The notes beneath the pieces are model-generated. The model had not been told where the DNA came from. It worked only from the letters and a program-made list of their open reading frames with translations, and did no database searches. From positions 51,398,001-51,462,000 of the forward strand of contig NC_043009.1 in NCBI RefSeq assembly GCF_006345805.1: a stretch of DNA of 64,000 nucleotides. Reading direction: 5' to 3'. Origin of the DNA: Octopus sinensis (lineage: Eukaryota). A program made the position numbers and the translations under genes. Of this stretch, positions 1-12,925 are shown piece after piece; within the stretch, counting starts at the first letter, position 1; each line of letters starts with the position of its first letter.

Positions 1-596
1 AAACAATATTGTTTTGTTTTATTTTCTCGTCGCAAATCATTTCTAGTCAGTTTTTCATCGCTCCCGGTACTAAATATGTCAACATTAACCTAAGTAATGT
101 TTATTGTTTAAGGGATGGCAGTATTTATTCGCCATACAATACTAGTCGTTTTCTACATCAATACGATTGTTAAATGACTCTGCCATCGAAATTGCAGTAC
201 AATAAGTAAAGACTGTTTGTTTCCGAGTCATGATATTATGGCAGAATATGTTCAGAAATATTCATTAATGGCAGATCTAATATAAATCAAACTAAATACA
301 TCTGATGAGTTGCCGAAACCATTCACACAAAACTATAAAATACATTAACTAATCTTTATCTCTTCTCACTCTTTAAACTTTTTAAGTTTTCCTTTAAAGT
401 TTGCCTTTTTAATGCGCACTTGCATTAAATTAACTATAAATCAACTAGTTTTCTCACTAGGTTTTTGCCGATATAACCAAGATGTATACATTTTCCCTAT
501 ATGTTTATATAATGTATATTAATATAATTCAGTGAAGAATTGTAATACCTAATAGCTAGTATAAACTCATATATTGTTATAACTATAAGATCTCTC

Positions 597-635
<39 letters not shown>

Positions 636-1009
636 GAAATTTTATTAATAACTTACGTTCGTTGGTTGCAGAGGCTTGCATATGTCAGCCAGATACACGG
701 AGCTATCACAACTTCAGTATTGCCTATCCATATTCTAACTTCATACAGCAATAGTATTTACAAATAAAATGTTTTATTCAAATCGTTAAGTTCCCATTTA
801 TTAATAATTACTTCCCCTGTAAGATACACGTCGTTTTCTGAAATTTCATTGTAAGGACATCAAAACAGATTTCGCTCTTGAATGAGTCGCGTTCACAACC
901 ACATGGGCTTTCATACTAGACCCTTGCCATATTCCAGCAAAATTTTCTTTTATTCTCATTCATTTAAAAATACCAAATAACTCGCACCATCCACTCGTAA
1001 AACAAAACC

Positions 1010-1587
1010 TGTTAGTTCGTCAAATATGAAATTTGTAGTAAGGTAAACTTTGACAGCTGCTTACTACAAATTGACAGCTGAAATTTGTAGTAAGGTAAAC
1101 TTCGCCATTATTATATTTTGACAATCTTTATTTTTTGTTAGAAAGCTGACACATCTATTTCTTTATTCTAATTCCTTTTGCCCTTTATAAAGTATCAATA
1201 AATCGTTTTTGCTATTTTTGTTTAGTGATGGATAAATCGGAAATTCGTACAGTTTTGAAATATGGGTTCTTTCTTGGAAATACAGCATCAAAGACAGCTC
1301 GCATTATTAATGGAGTATTTCATTCTAATGTTATTTCACGTAATGTTATAACGTTTTGATAGGAAAAAATTTAATTCCGGCCATGCTGTAAAACAGGCCT
1401 TCCAAGATTTTATTGACTCTAGATAGCCAGGCTTTTACAGTTCCGGGCTGGACAAGCTACCGTTGAAATGGCAAAAATGTATTGACAATATGGGTGCATA
1501 CTTTGATGAGTAAAATTATTCTTTGTATTTGTAAAACATTAGCAAACTATTTTCTTCTCTACAAATTTCATACTTGACGACCTAATA
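1010..1587 (+). mobile_element. Internally deleted mariner transposon with both TIRs
   Basis: Left TIR tgttagttcgtcaaatatgaaattt (1010) matches the reverse complement of right TIR aaatttcatacttgacgacctaata (ends 1587). The N-terminus MDKSEIRTVLKYGFFLGNTASKTARIING (~1228) is joined to the C-terminus KQAFQDFIDSR*PGFYSSGLDKLPLKWQKCIDNMGAYFDE*; the catalytic core is deleted. Confidence 0.8.
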
Positions 1588-1641
1588 CTATTATTGGGCG
1601 TTAATTAAAATCAACAAAAAGAAAAATTATTTGTAGGTATC

Positions 1642-1920
1642 AGAGACATTCGCAAGCTAAGCAACTTGACATTTTTTTCACCGGATTCTTCAAATTTTTC
1701 TATAGGACTCTCATATTCGTGTATTTCTGTAAGTGAAGTCTGCTCTCCCGGTTCGTCCCGTGTATTTACTCGGCACATAAAGAGATATTCGCAAGTAACA
1801 TTTTTTTAATTATCTAATTCTTCAAATTCTTCTGCAGGTCTCCCATATTCCTGTATTTCTTTAAATGAAGCCCGTTTGATCGGTTCATCCTCTTTATTTT
1901 ATTCGGCATTCATAAAGTGC
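1642..1920. repeat. Diverged 2 x 139-bp tandem repeat
   Basis: agagacattcgcaag (1642) and agagatattcgcaag (1781) start two alignable units that share ttcttcaaatt, catattc.tgtatttct and tcggca..cataaag. Confidence 0.6.
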
Positions 1921-2221
1921 TAATTTTTCATAATTCAATGAACGTCATCCATGTCTCCTTTAAAATAAATCCTCTTATTGCTTGTTAGAGTCATTTATTA
2001 AATTCTCACAGTGAAACATTCATCCGAGAAATGCCTCAGAAACGCGTTATCACTTATATTTAGAGATCTTACACGACAGTACGGTAACGCGATTTCATTA
2101 AACTGTTAGATCTGTACAGGTCATGTGTCAGGTAAACATCAGATTTAATCATAATACAAATCAAGCAGGAAAAATATGAAAAACTAAAGCAACATCAATG
2201 ATATAAGCGCTGCATCAATGG

Positions 2222-2355
2222 ATCGGCAAAATAGACCGATAGAATAAGTGCCAGGTTTACAAAGAAGAAGTCCAGGGGTCGAGTTCTTGGACTAAACCGG
2301 CTGTGCTCCAGCATGGCCACAGTGAAAATGACTGAAGCAAGTAAAATAATAAGAG
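2222..2355 (+). mobile_element. S1 SINE 3' tail fragment
   Basis: gaccgatagaataagt...gtgctccagcatggccacagt...atgactgaagcaagtaaaa matches the tail of full S1 copies (8420, 54718). Confidence 0.7.
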
Positions 2356-2520
2356 AATATGCACTTAAAATCCTCGAGTTTCCACAGTCAATCAACTTGA
2401 CACATGAACATCAACAACTACATGGATTTTTGATGCATGAGCACACACAAAACAAACGTATCCTAAAACATACTAGCATTGAAATGATACCAAATACTTC
2501 CTAACAGCTACGCGAAGGGC

Positions 2521-2937
2521 ATGGAGCTACAAGTAAAAATATCAGTTGCTCCGGTAGAAAAGGATTCGGAAATTCAGCTGGCTGAAGAAGAATTAGAGAG
2601 ACTGTTTAGCGTGGAGGACGAAAAGAGGGAACAGAAAAGCCAAAATAAAGGAAAGAAAATAAAAGGAGGAAATGGTGTATGGTATTACGTAACCTACCCG
2701 AAGAATATAGAAAGAGAGAAGAAAATACTCAAGTTCAACCAAATAGTAAGAGTAAAGGCACCATCATACATGTATGCAGAGGATATGAAGGCGATATTGA
2801 TTGAAGAGGAAAGTTATAAGAGGCTGCAAGAAATGTGTGGAAATAATATTGACCCACCAGGAGTAAAGGTGGAATTCAAAGAATTGCCACCAGGAGTGGA
2901 TTTAGTAGAAATTGAACCACTATTGAAATATTACTAA
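2521..2937 (+). pseudogene. 138-aa high-complexity ORF; probable decayed non-LTR retrotransposon ORF1 (RRM-like segment, degenerate downstream continuation)
   Basis: The only long non-microsatellite ORF with protein-like composition. Its end VKVEFKELPPGVDLVEIEPLLKYY*KI resembles the V..LP.....I...L..YG.I RRM segment of Tx1/L1/L2-type ORF1s. Purine-rich coding-like sequence continues past the stop (IEEEFRERITVQV; NACDEGRMQPF as a possible decayed CCHC knuckle). The identity is inference. Confidence 0.4.
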
Positions 2938-3403
2938 AAGATAAGTATGTCAAATCGACAGGAAAAAATAAAAGAAAAAAGTAAAAGGGGGGAAAAAAGG
3001 AAAAAGAAAGAGTAAGTGTTTTATGATATGTTTAATAATAACGGAAAATAGAAGAAGAATTTTAGAGAACGTATAACGGTTCAAGTAATTGTAATGGCAG
3101 ACGATAATTAATTGTTGTGTAAATACATCATAAAAACGGACAGTTAAAAAGATTAATGGTAATGCATGTGATGAGGGGCGCATGCAGCCATTCATAACCT
3201 CATTATTATATAATCATCTCATCATATTCGTTCTATGTATTGTCCCCACTATGGTGTCCTGTCTGTCCTTGTTTGTCCCCCTCTATATTTAGGCCCTTGT
3301 GGCTAATAAAGTAACCGAGCATTCAGCACCGAAGTATCTTTTCATAGTGTAACCACTCAAAAGAAAGAGGAAATAACGCTATATATGGCTACCAACGACT
3401 AAA

Positions 3404-3609
3404 TACTCTTTTACTTGTTTCAGTCATTTGACTGCGGCCATGCTGGAGCACCGCCTTTAATTGAGCAACTCGATCCCATGACTTATTCTTTGTAAGCGTA
3501 GTACTTATTCAATCGGAATCTTTTGCCTAACCGCAAAGTTACGGGGACGTAAACACACCAGCATCGGTTGCCAAGTGATGTTGTGGGACAAACACAAACA
3601 CACAAGCAT

Positions 3610-3640
<31 letters not shown>

Positions 3641-3659
3641 CACACACCACACACACACA

Positions 3660-3748
<89 letters not shown>

Positions 3749-3890
3749 AATACGACGGACTTCTATCAGTTTCCGTCTACCAAATACACTCACAAGTCTT
3801 TGGTCAGCCTGAGGCTATAGTACAAAACACTTGGCCAAAGGGCCATGTAATTGGTAAGCAAGCTACTTACCACACAGCCACTCCTGCGCC
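3404..3890 (-). mobile_element. S1 SINE, full length, with internal (TA)n/(CA)n
   Basis: Reverse complement of head ggcgcaggagtggctgtgtggtaagtagcttgcttacc and tail ...gactgaaacaagtaaaagag. Confidence 0.9.
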
Positions 3891-4653
3891 TATATGTATA
3901 TAATGTATATATAATGTGTTGGAATAAATGATTAAATATTTATTACTCTGTGCGCCTACTTTAGTCTTTGAAGTAAATTTCAAACGTTTAAGTCCGTATC
4001 AAATTAAGTTAATCTAAAAAGGATTATCTACAAGGAACACAACAGATGCATAATTTATTTGATAAACACATTCATATAAAGATGTCTTCGAAAATCACCT
4101 AAGAGGGTTTGAAAACACGATATCATACCTAATACTAACTTCATTAAATAGAAAAAAGCCTAAAAAAAGCTATCTTATCTAAAATAGTCTCTTATATAAA
4201 TAACCAATGAAAATGCGGAAAAAACTCAGTGAAAATAAATCTCTTTACAGTAACCAAACAAGCATGTAGCCAAACCCACATCGCTGAATAGGTATGTACG
4301 AATAATAGCATGTAAGTATAGAATGTAGAAACCATTTGGCTAGAAGTTGAAGGGCGGCCGTGGGACCCGATCCTACATACCCTGTAGAGGTGATAGATCT
4401 ACTCTGTCTGACTCTGTTTGACTCTCTGTCAGTTTGACCCTGTCTGTTTTTCTCTCTGTATATAGACATACATATATACATAGTGGCGCTCAAATGATTT
4501 GTACTCACAATCTGACGTCTTAACGAGGGACCATGTCGGCTAGGTAAAGAGTCGCTATAAGTGGAATGCAACTGAGCAAATACCGAGACAATTATGCGTG
4601 TAAATCTGCAGGGGTTGCGTATACGAAATATATATATAGGCATGTGTGAATAT

Positions 4654-4858
4654 GCGTGGCTCAGTGGTCAGGTCATTTGGCTCACGATTGTAAGGTCTTA
4701 AATTCAATTCCCGGCGACGCGTTGTGTCCTTGAGCAAGACACTTTATTTCACGTTGCTCCAGTCCACTCAGCTGGCAAAATTGAGTTTTTCACGAGAAAT
4801 GCTGTTCCGCTGATTGTATCAGCTGGGACCCTCGTCGTCGAAACCGACGGAGTGCTCC
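4654..4858 (+). mobile_element. S3 SINE (tRNA-like head, ...gtcgtcgaaaccgacggagt tail)
   Basis: gcgtggctcagtgg A-box-like, aattcaattccc B-box-like, core gtgtccttgagcaagacactttatttcacgttgctccagtccactcagctggc. Confidence 0.8.
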
Positions 4859-5194
4859 TATAGGCATGTATGTAAGTAAATAAAGTGTAAGGAAGGTCTG
4901 AAAATATTCAGTCGTTCAATATTCAAGATTAAATATCTACATATCAATATACCAACAGACCGAAATTAAATACAGTACAAACGACAGAGAAATTTATAAG
5001 TATCGATATGTTTACACCTGTATATTCATCGTTTCAAAATTTTCAGCCTATTTACTTGTATACATGTATACATATCTTGTGTATCAGTATATCAATTCCA
5101 CGGAATTTTGTTTCTTTATTCGTGTACTTGTGTGTATATATGTCTGTGTGTGTGCGTGTCTTTCTCTCTCGTTGAGAGATTTAGAAATAATGTT

Positions 5195-5233
<39 letters not shown>

Positions 5234-5309
5234 ATACGCAAACTTAATTTAATTCGTCCTTAGTTGAAAGACACCTGTTGTTATGTCCTGTTACTTGTAT
5301 TTATTAAAC

Positions 5310-5565
5310 ATTCTCCGTCTTTTTTCCGTATACATTCGCACTTTCTTCCAAGGAATCTAATGCTCTTAGCTTATGTTTTTTTTGGGGGGGGGAGGACTGG
5401 CCAGATTCGAGCGATCTCGAGTATAAACAGCCGAAATTGCAAAGATAATCTGGAACTCGACTGAGGAAAGAAAACTCCGAATGACACGCCATTGTTTTCT
5501 TTGTATCATCTATCTGGATGTTTTGCGTTCTTGTCCCGTTTTGCATTTTTATACATAAAATTATA
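5310..5565 (+). mobile_element. PLE-terminus-like element, family C
   Basis: Homologous to 9925-10072 (+) and 58325-58630 (-). Contains gactgaggaaagaaaactccgaatgac and ends at a (TA)n tract. Confidence 0.55.
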
Positions 5566-5566
5566 T

Positions 5567-5607
<41 letters not shown>

Positions 5608-5608
5608 C

Positions 5609-5661
<53 letters not shown>

Positions 5662-5692
5662 TATATACATATATATACATATATATATATAT

Positions 5693-5721
<29 letters not shown>

Positions 5722-5727
<6 letters not shown>

Positions 5728-6020
5728 CAATGGCGCAGTGGTTAGGGCAGCGGACTCGCGGTCGTAGGATCACGGTTCCGATTCCCCGACCGGGCGTTGT
5801 GAGTGTTTATTGAGCGAAAACCTCTAAAAGCTCCTCGAGGCTCCGGCAGGGGGTGGTGATCCCTGCTGTACTCCTTCACCACTCTTTCTCCCACTCTATC
5901 TTCTGTTGGCCTGCTCGCTTAGCCAGCGGGTCGGCGTCAGTCGAAGGCTACAAAAACAATGCGAACGCATTGTGATCAGCGATGTGTAACTACATCTGAT
6001 GGACTGGTCGGTCACGTGAT
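5722..6020 (+). mobile_element. S2 SINE (tail type 1, ends ggtcacgtgat)
   Basis: Head gaggcgcaatggcgcagtggttagggcagcggactcgcggtcgtaggatcacggttccgattccc; body gagcgaaaa...aagctcc..gaggctccggcagggg. Confidence 0.9.
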
Positions 6021-6023
6021 ATA

Positions 6024-6063
<40 letters not shown>

Positions 6064-6080
6064 TATACGCACACACACAC

Positions 6081-6147
<67 letters not shown>

Positions 6148-6150
<3 letters not shown>

Positions 6151-6330
6151 GGAAGTTCAGAAGAAAACAAAAGACGAAGACAGGTGGTGTAGAAAAGTAG
6201 ACAACAAACAGCTGTATTAGTATAACGCTCGAGAAGTGAAAAAGTCTTTAACGTTCCGAGCCTACGCTCTTCCACTGAAAGGAACACAGAAAGAATCAAT
6301 GAGAGAAGATAAAGAATGTGTAGTGGCTAT
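6148..6330 (-). mobile_element. PLE-terminus-like element, family B (degenerate HHR)
   Basis: Reverse complement reads cctttCAGTGGA A GAGC gtag GCTC GGAAC GTT aaagac...aacttcccc then (TA)n; homologous to 50365-50530. Confidence 0.6.
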
Positions 6331-6370
6331 ATATATATATGTGTGCGTGTGTGTGTTTGCATATATGTGA

Positions 6371-6685
6371 AGGCGCGTGGCTCAGTAGATAGAGCGTCGA
6401 GCTTACGATGGTAAGGTTGTGAGTTCGAAACCCGGACTGGGCTGCGTGTTGTGTTCTTGAGCAAGACACTCTTTCACGTGCTCCAATTCACTCAGCTGCA
6501 GAAATGAGTTGGGATATCACAGGTGCCAAGCTGTATCGGCCTTTGCCTTTCCCTTGGATAACACTGGTGGCGTGGAGAGGGTAGGCCGGTATGCATGGGC
6601 GACTGCTGGTCTTCCATAAACAACCTTGCCCGGACTTGTTCCTGGAAGGGTAACATTCTAGGTGCAATCTCAAGGTCAGTCTCCG
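6371..6685 (+). mobile_element. S3 SINE with a distinct tail ending in (ATGT)n
   Basis: aggcgcgtggctcagtagatagagcgtcgagc...gagttcgaaaccc head, ttgagcaagacact core. Confidence 0.85.
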
Positions 6686-7198
6686 ATGTATGTATGTATG
6701 TATGTATGTATGTATGTATGTATGCATGTATGTATGTGTGTCTGTGTGTAAATATGTATATGTATATACATATATATATATGTATATATATATATATGTA
6801 AGTATGTATATATATATGTATATATATCTAAATATATATGCATAACATATGTATATATTTATATATATATGTATGTATGTATATGTATATGTATGCATGT
6901 ATGTGTATATGTATGTATATAAGTATGAAGTCATGTAAAAAACCTCAATTCAGACAGAGATACCGGAGTGAACGCTTTAACGCTCACATATATATATACA
7001 TGCATAAATACATACACATATCCACACAAATACTGACCCACACACGGATACACACATACATTGACACACACACACACACACAAAGACATATATAAGTATG
7101 TATACTCCTCACCAAGATTGCAACAAAAAAGAACTATATTGAAATATTAGACACATATATAGACAGGTGCGTGTGTGTGAATGCGTACGTGTATGTGC

Positions 7199-7237
<39 letters not shown>

Positions 7238-7554
7238 AACTCATACGCACACACACACACACTTACACCCACGTGTCTGACGTAGTGCAAACGCAAGTTA
7301 TTGTAAACAAAGTAGAAATGTCATAGGTTTTGAGCAAAATTTTTCTAGAAGTAGATATCGTACATCAAAGACGTCTACAATGTACGTACGCACATACATA
7401 CAAGCGCTCACATTAACAAGCATACACATAGGCACACACACACACACGAACGCATGCATGCGAACACGCGTTTATACATACATATACGCAAGCATTCACA
7501 CACACACATATATATATACGTTTATGGGCGGAATAATCGTATATACGTATCAAC

Positions 7555-7606
<52 letters not shown>

Positions 7607-8419
7607 GTATATGTACATATATGTTTATATAAATGTATGTATGTACATATATTTATGTATATATATATGTATATATATATATATGTATAATATATATATA
7701 TATATGTACATATATGTTTATATATATGTATGTATATATGTATGTACATATATGTATATATATATGTATATATATGTATATGCATATATATATATATATG
7801 TGTATAATTATATGTATGTATATATATGTGTGTATATATATGTATATATATGTATGTATAGATATATGTGTGTGTCTGTTTGTGTGTGTGCGTGTGTGTG
7901 TGTGTATGTGTGTGTGTGTGTGTGTGTATGTGTGTGTGTACGGGAAGAAAACGATGTCGAGAAAATAATTCACAAGTAAAAGTTAGGTGAAACTTGAGGC
8001 ATTGGTTTATGAAGATTCCAATTCCAATAAAACCGCTCTTTCTCTCTCTCTCTTATTCGCGTTTCCTTTCTTTTTTAATACATATACCTGCATACACAAA
8101 GACTCATTTACCCACACCCAGTCATACACTCACGCATAAGCATACACAGTGAGAAAAAGAAAGAGCGTAAACGAAAGTAGAAAATGGTTATAGTTCAAAT
8201 AGAAATAGAGAGCAAGTATGTGTAGTTATGTAAATAGCGGTAACTAGTTCAGTATAATATCAATGTTAGTGAGATTATTGTGAGTTTGCAAGAATTATGA
8301 CCGAGATCGAATACAGCCCAATCGATACCTGTGCGATTCTGTAGCAGAATATCTCTCATTTACGAAAGGAGAGGGCATCTATTTCATTTACACAAGTGTT
8401 TTCATCTGAAAACTAACTA

Positions 8420-8581
8420 GGCGCAGGAGTGGCTGTGTGGTAAGTAGCTTGCTAACCAACCACATGGTTCCGGGCTCAGTCCCACTGCGTGGCATCTTGG
8501 GCAAGTGTCTTCTGCTATAGCCCCGCGCCGACCAATGCCTTGTGAGTAGATTTGGTAGACGGAAACTGAAAGAAGCCTGTC

Positions 8582-8637
<56 letters not shown>

Positions 8638-8853
8638 ATGTGTTTGTGTGTCTGTGTTTGTCCCCCTAGCATTGCTTGACAACCGATGCTGGTGTGTTTA
8701 CGTCCCCGTCACTTAGCGGTTCGGCAAAAGAGACCGATAGAATAAGTACTGGGCTTACAAAGAATAAGTCCCGGGGTCGATTTGCTCGAATAAAAGGCGG
8801 TGTACCAGCATGGCCGCAGTCAAATGACTGAAACAAATAAAAGAGAAAAGAGA
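8420..8853 (+). mobile_element. S1 SINE, full length
   Basis: Complete head, internal (TA)n(TG)n and tail ending gaaacaaataaaagagaaaagag. Confidence 0.9.
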
Positions 8854-8940
8854 GTAGCGCTTTCTTCTGAAGAATATTATGTAGTAATTGTACTTTGAAT
8901 GTAAATAACATGTATATAATGTGTGTGTATGCGTATGTAT

Positions 8941-9235
8941 GGAGGCGCAATAGCCCAGGGGTTAGGGCAACGGACTCGCGGTCGGAGGATCGATTCCCAG
9001 ACCGGGCATTGTGTGTGTTTATTAAGCGAAAACACCTAAAGCTCCACGAGTCTCCAGCGGAGTGGGGGGTTGTGACCCCTCTTGTACTCTTTTGCCCCCA
9101 ACTTTCTCTCAATCACCCTTCCTGTTTCTTGAGTAACGCAACGATGGACTGGTGTCCCGTCCAGCTGCGGGGAACACATACGTCACAGAAACCGGGAAAC
9201 TGGGCACGTGAGCCTGGCTAGGCTTGAAATTGGCG
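8941..9235 (+). mobile_element. S2 SINE (tail type 2, ...cacagaaaccgggaaac)
   Basis: S2 head followed by gagtaacgcaacgatggactggtgtcccgtccagctg tail. Confidence 0.85.
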
Positions 9236-9779
9236 TATGTGACTGTGAGTGAGTGGGTGTGTGTGTGCCTGTGTGAGGGTGTGACCGTATGTGCTTGTGT
9301 GTGAGAGTGAGCAAATGCATGTGTGTATGTGTGTGTAGTATAAACGACGCTGAAACGCATAAATTTCCTTATATAGTTGTGTAATGTTATTTTAATTAAA
9401 CGGCTTCCTGATTAAAATAGCACAACAATCCTAAGGAACTTCCATTTCATTAATAATATATCGCAGTTACACATTGTACGCAACGTAGTGTTTATCGTCA
9501 TGAAACAGCTGTTGAGCACTATTAAATATGAGTTGTATTCGAATTTATGCTATACTACATTTTATGACACAATACGCGGCTCAGAAATATCACTTTAGAC
9601 AATCATGTATATAGGTCTGTCCTCCTTGGACTTAAGACCGCGTAATAGCTTATCGGAATTTGACTGCCTATTCAACTCTTGTACCAACTGTGGATTCATT
9701 CCCTGATCCTTATATGTCAGTTCTATCTGTCTGTATCTCTGTCTTCTCTGTATATATATATATGCATATGTAGTTAAAC

Positions 9780-9880
9780 TTTATAGAAAAACAAAGACGA
9801 AGTTAAGAGCAGGAACAACAAGCAAATGTATTGGTTTGACTCTCCGGCAAAAATGCAAAAGTCTTTTACGTTTTGAGTAG
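9780..9880 (-). mobile_element. Family B partial copy
   Basis: aaaacaaagacgaag...caaatgtattggtttgactc...gtcttttacgttttgag aligns with 6160-6260. Confidence 0.45.
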
Positions 9881-9924
9881 ATAGGAATAAGGAGAAATAA
9901 ATAGAGAGAGAATGAAAAAAAGGA

Positions 9925-10068
9925 AACTCGACTGAAGAAAGAAAGCTCCGAATGACCTGTCCCTGTTTTTTTTCTTCTTTGTAACGTCTGTCTGGATGTT
10001 TTGTAGTTCCTTTTTTGTATCATCTAATTGTCTGGATGCTTTGCGTTCTTGTCCCATTGTTGGTATTC

Positions 10069-10072
<4 letters not shown>
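9925..10072 (+). mobile_element. PLE-terminus-like element, family C (partial)
   Basis: gactgaagaaagaaagctccgaatgacctgtc...tctggatgctttgcgttcttgtcccatt, then (TA)n. Confidence 0.55.
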
Positions 10073-10132
<60 letters not shown>

Positions 10133-10176
10133 GGAGAGAGAGAGAGAGAGAGAGAGAGATAGATAGATAGACAGAC

Positions 10177-10209
<33 letters not shown>

Positions 10210-10471
10210 TTAATATGTTTGTATGTATATGCAAGTACTTCAGTAGACTGACCATCAATAGTGAACAAAGCCTTCTGCCAGTTTGCGTAATATATTTAAT
10301 TCATTTCTTTGTTACATTTAACTGAGTATACCAATGATATGAGTCGATTGTGATACGCAGTACAGTTAAATACATTGTTTAATGACACTGATCGGTTTAC
10401 TGAAAAACATGTCGCATTTGGTAAAGCATAAAATACCGATGATATTTTCTGTTTATTATTAGCGATAGCTT

Positions 10472-10708
10472 AATGCAGCGAGATGCTTAGCGGTATTTCG
10501 TCTGCCCCTACGTTCTGAGTTCAAATTCCGCCGAGGCTAAAAACAGAGAGGACAAACAAGGACAGAAAAACGGATTAAGTCGATTATATCGACTCCAGAG
10601 AGTAACTGGTACTTATTTAATCGACCCCGACGATGAAAGAACGTAACGGCAAACGAAATACCGCTAAGCTTTTCGCCCGGCGCACTAACGATTCGGCCAG
10701 CTCGCCAC
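10472..10708. mobile_element. Two S4 SINE pieces in inverted orientation
   Basis: Plus: atgcttagcggtatttcgtctgcccctacgttctgagttcaaattccgccgagg (to ~10537). Minus: tail-to-head copy ending gaaataccgctaagc...ggccagctcgcc. Confidence 0.75.
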
Positions 10709-10853
10709 GTTTCCACTCAGTATATTTTGGTAGATATTTGAGATTTTCTGTAACCTCATGGAGCTAAAGAATAGCTTTGAGGAAACTTTTGGATATAAGT
10801 AGTACTTCCTACTGCATTTTTGTAATATATTTCTATATCTATACCGATATATG

Positions 10854-10899
<46 letters not shown>

Positions 10900-11359
10900 A
10901 GACTCTGCATCTTTCTTTCTTTCTCTCCCATTCGCTTTTTCGTCTTTTTCCCTCACTTAACTTGTCTCTTCCTCTCTCTCTCATTCTTCATTCTCTCTCT
11001 CCCTTTCACCATTCTTCATGGTCTCCTCGCACCATTCCCCTTCTTCTCTCTCTTCCTCTTGCTCCTCCTCCCCCATTCCCGTCGTCCATCTGCGACGATA
11101 CTTCCGTCGTAACTGCTATCCTGTCTTTTCTCGCCCGCCTTCTAAGGCTACTGGTCGACATTTTTTCTCTCTCGTCGTCCATTATAATCCAGCGTTTGCA
11201 ATAATTTTTTCGTCTGGCGTTAACAGCCCTTCTTATCTTGTTCTCCTTGTCCTGTCTCTCACTGTTATATATTTATTTTTCCACTGTTTATATATATATT
11301 TTTTACTGTTTATATGTTTGTACTGTCGTTACCGTCTTGCTTTTTTTTACCCCTCTGCG

Positions 11360-11600
11360 AAAAGATCTCAGAATTTTAATTGATTTGCTTTTCGCAGGAA
11401 GGAAGTTTTCTTCGAAGTATACGTCTCGCTTTTATCCTTCGAAACGTTTAGTAGATGAAACCTTAGCGACTGAAGAAGGGGATTTTTCGTTGTGCTTATT
11501 GTCCTGTATCTATTTTTTTGCTTGTCTTGTTCCTTGGTTTGTGTCTATGTTTTTCGTCTCTCTATGTGTTCGACGTCTTTTTGGTGTCCTGTACACTTAT
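11360..11600 (+). mobile_element. PLE-terminus-like element, family D
   Basis: Shares ccttcgaaac...gaaac...ctgaagaagggga...ttggtgtcctgt with 28463-28650. Confidence 0.4.
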
Positions 11601-11783
11601 ATGCGTGTATATGTACATGTAGAGGTAGGTACGTACATATATGTTTATATATATGCATATATTTTATTAACATATATATATATATATATATATATATACT
11701 TGTATGTACAAATATATCTGTATAACCATACACACACACATATATATATATATACATATATACATATATATATGCATATATAT

Positions 11784-12074
11784 GGAGGCGCAATAGCCTA
11801 GTGGTTAGGGCAGCGGACTCGCGGTCGGAGGATTGCGGTTTCGATTCCCAGACCGGGCGTTGTGTGTTTATTGAGCGAAAACACCTAAAAGCTCCACGAG
11901 GCTCCGGCAGGGGGTGGTGATCCCTGTTGTACTCTTTCACCACTCTTTCTTCAGATGGCCTGCTCGCTTAGCCAGCGGGGTGGCGTCGTTCGAAGGCTAG
12001 AACAATGCGGACACATTGTGACCAACGATGTGTAGCAACATCTGATGGTCTGGTCGGTCACGTGATCACGTGAT
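11784..12074 (+). mobile_element. S2 SINE (tail type 1)
   Basis: Full head; tail ends ggtcggtcacgtgatcacgtgat. Confidence 0.9.
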
Positions 12075-12401
12075 ATGCATATATATATATACATATATAC
12101 ACACACGTATATATACATATCTATGTATGTATATATGCATTTACAGACACACATATATATGTATATACATACATATATATATATGTGTGTGTGTGTGTGT
12201 ATGTATATATGTATAAGATGTGAGTGTGCACGGCGCGGGATTCGAATATGTGTGTAAGTGGATGTATATGTATATACTTACAGATATATATTTTGATATA
12301 ACTAGTGTCAGAGTCACTAATGTATAACTAAAATAGCAACAGAACTTACAGTATTTCTTAGCCACCAACTCATATTTCCTCAGTTATTGACTGCCCTGCG
12401 T

Positions 12402-12402
12402 A

Positions 12403-12498
<96 letters not shown>

Positions 12499-12521
12499 CA
12501 TCCATCCATCCACCAACCTAC

Positions 12522-12594
<73 letters not shown>

Positions 12595-12850
12595 CATCTA
12601 TCTACTCCGTCCACTCACACACACATACACACATGCATCCTGAAATCATTGAGATTAATTTTCCTCTTACAATGAAATACACATAGAATATCAAATTTAT
12701 ATATGTGTCTGGGGTGGGGGAGCGTGTGGGTGAGTGTGTATGTGTGTGTTTTTGTGCATATATAAATATATATTTTTGTGCATATATAAATATATATTAC
12801 GTATATATATATACATATGTATATACAGAGATAGATAAAGAGATAGATAT

Positions 12851-12925
<75 letters not shown>

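Noticed and set aside
302-320. ctgatgagttgccgaaac as a minimal hammerhead
   Set aside because: Both core halves are present, but no GUH triplet, helix III or helix I follows; probably chance.
5722-5795. SINE heads (S1-S4) as functional tRNA genes
   Set aside because: They have A/B-box-like motifs but no complete cloverleaf or Pol III terminator, and they run straight into SINE bodies.
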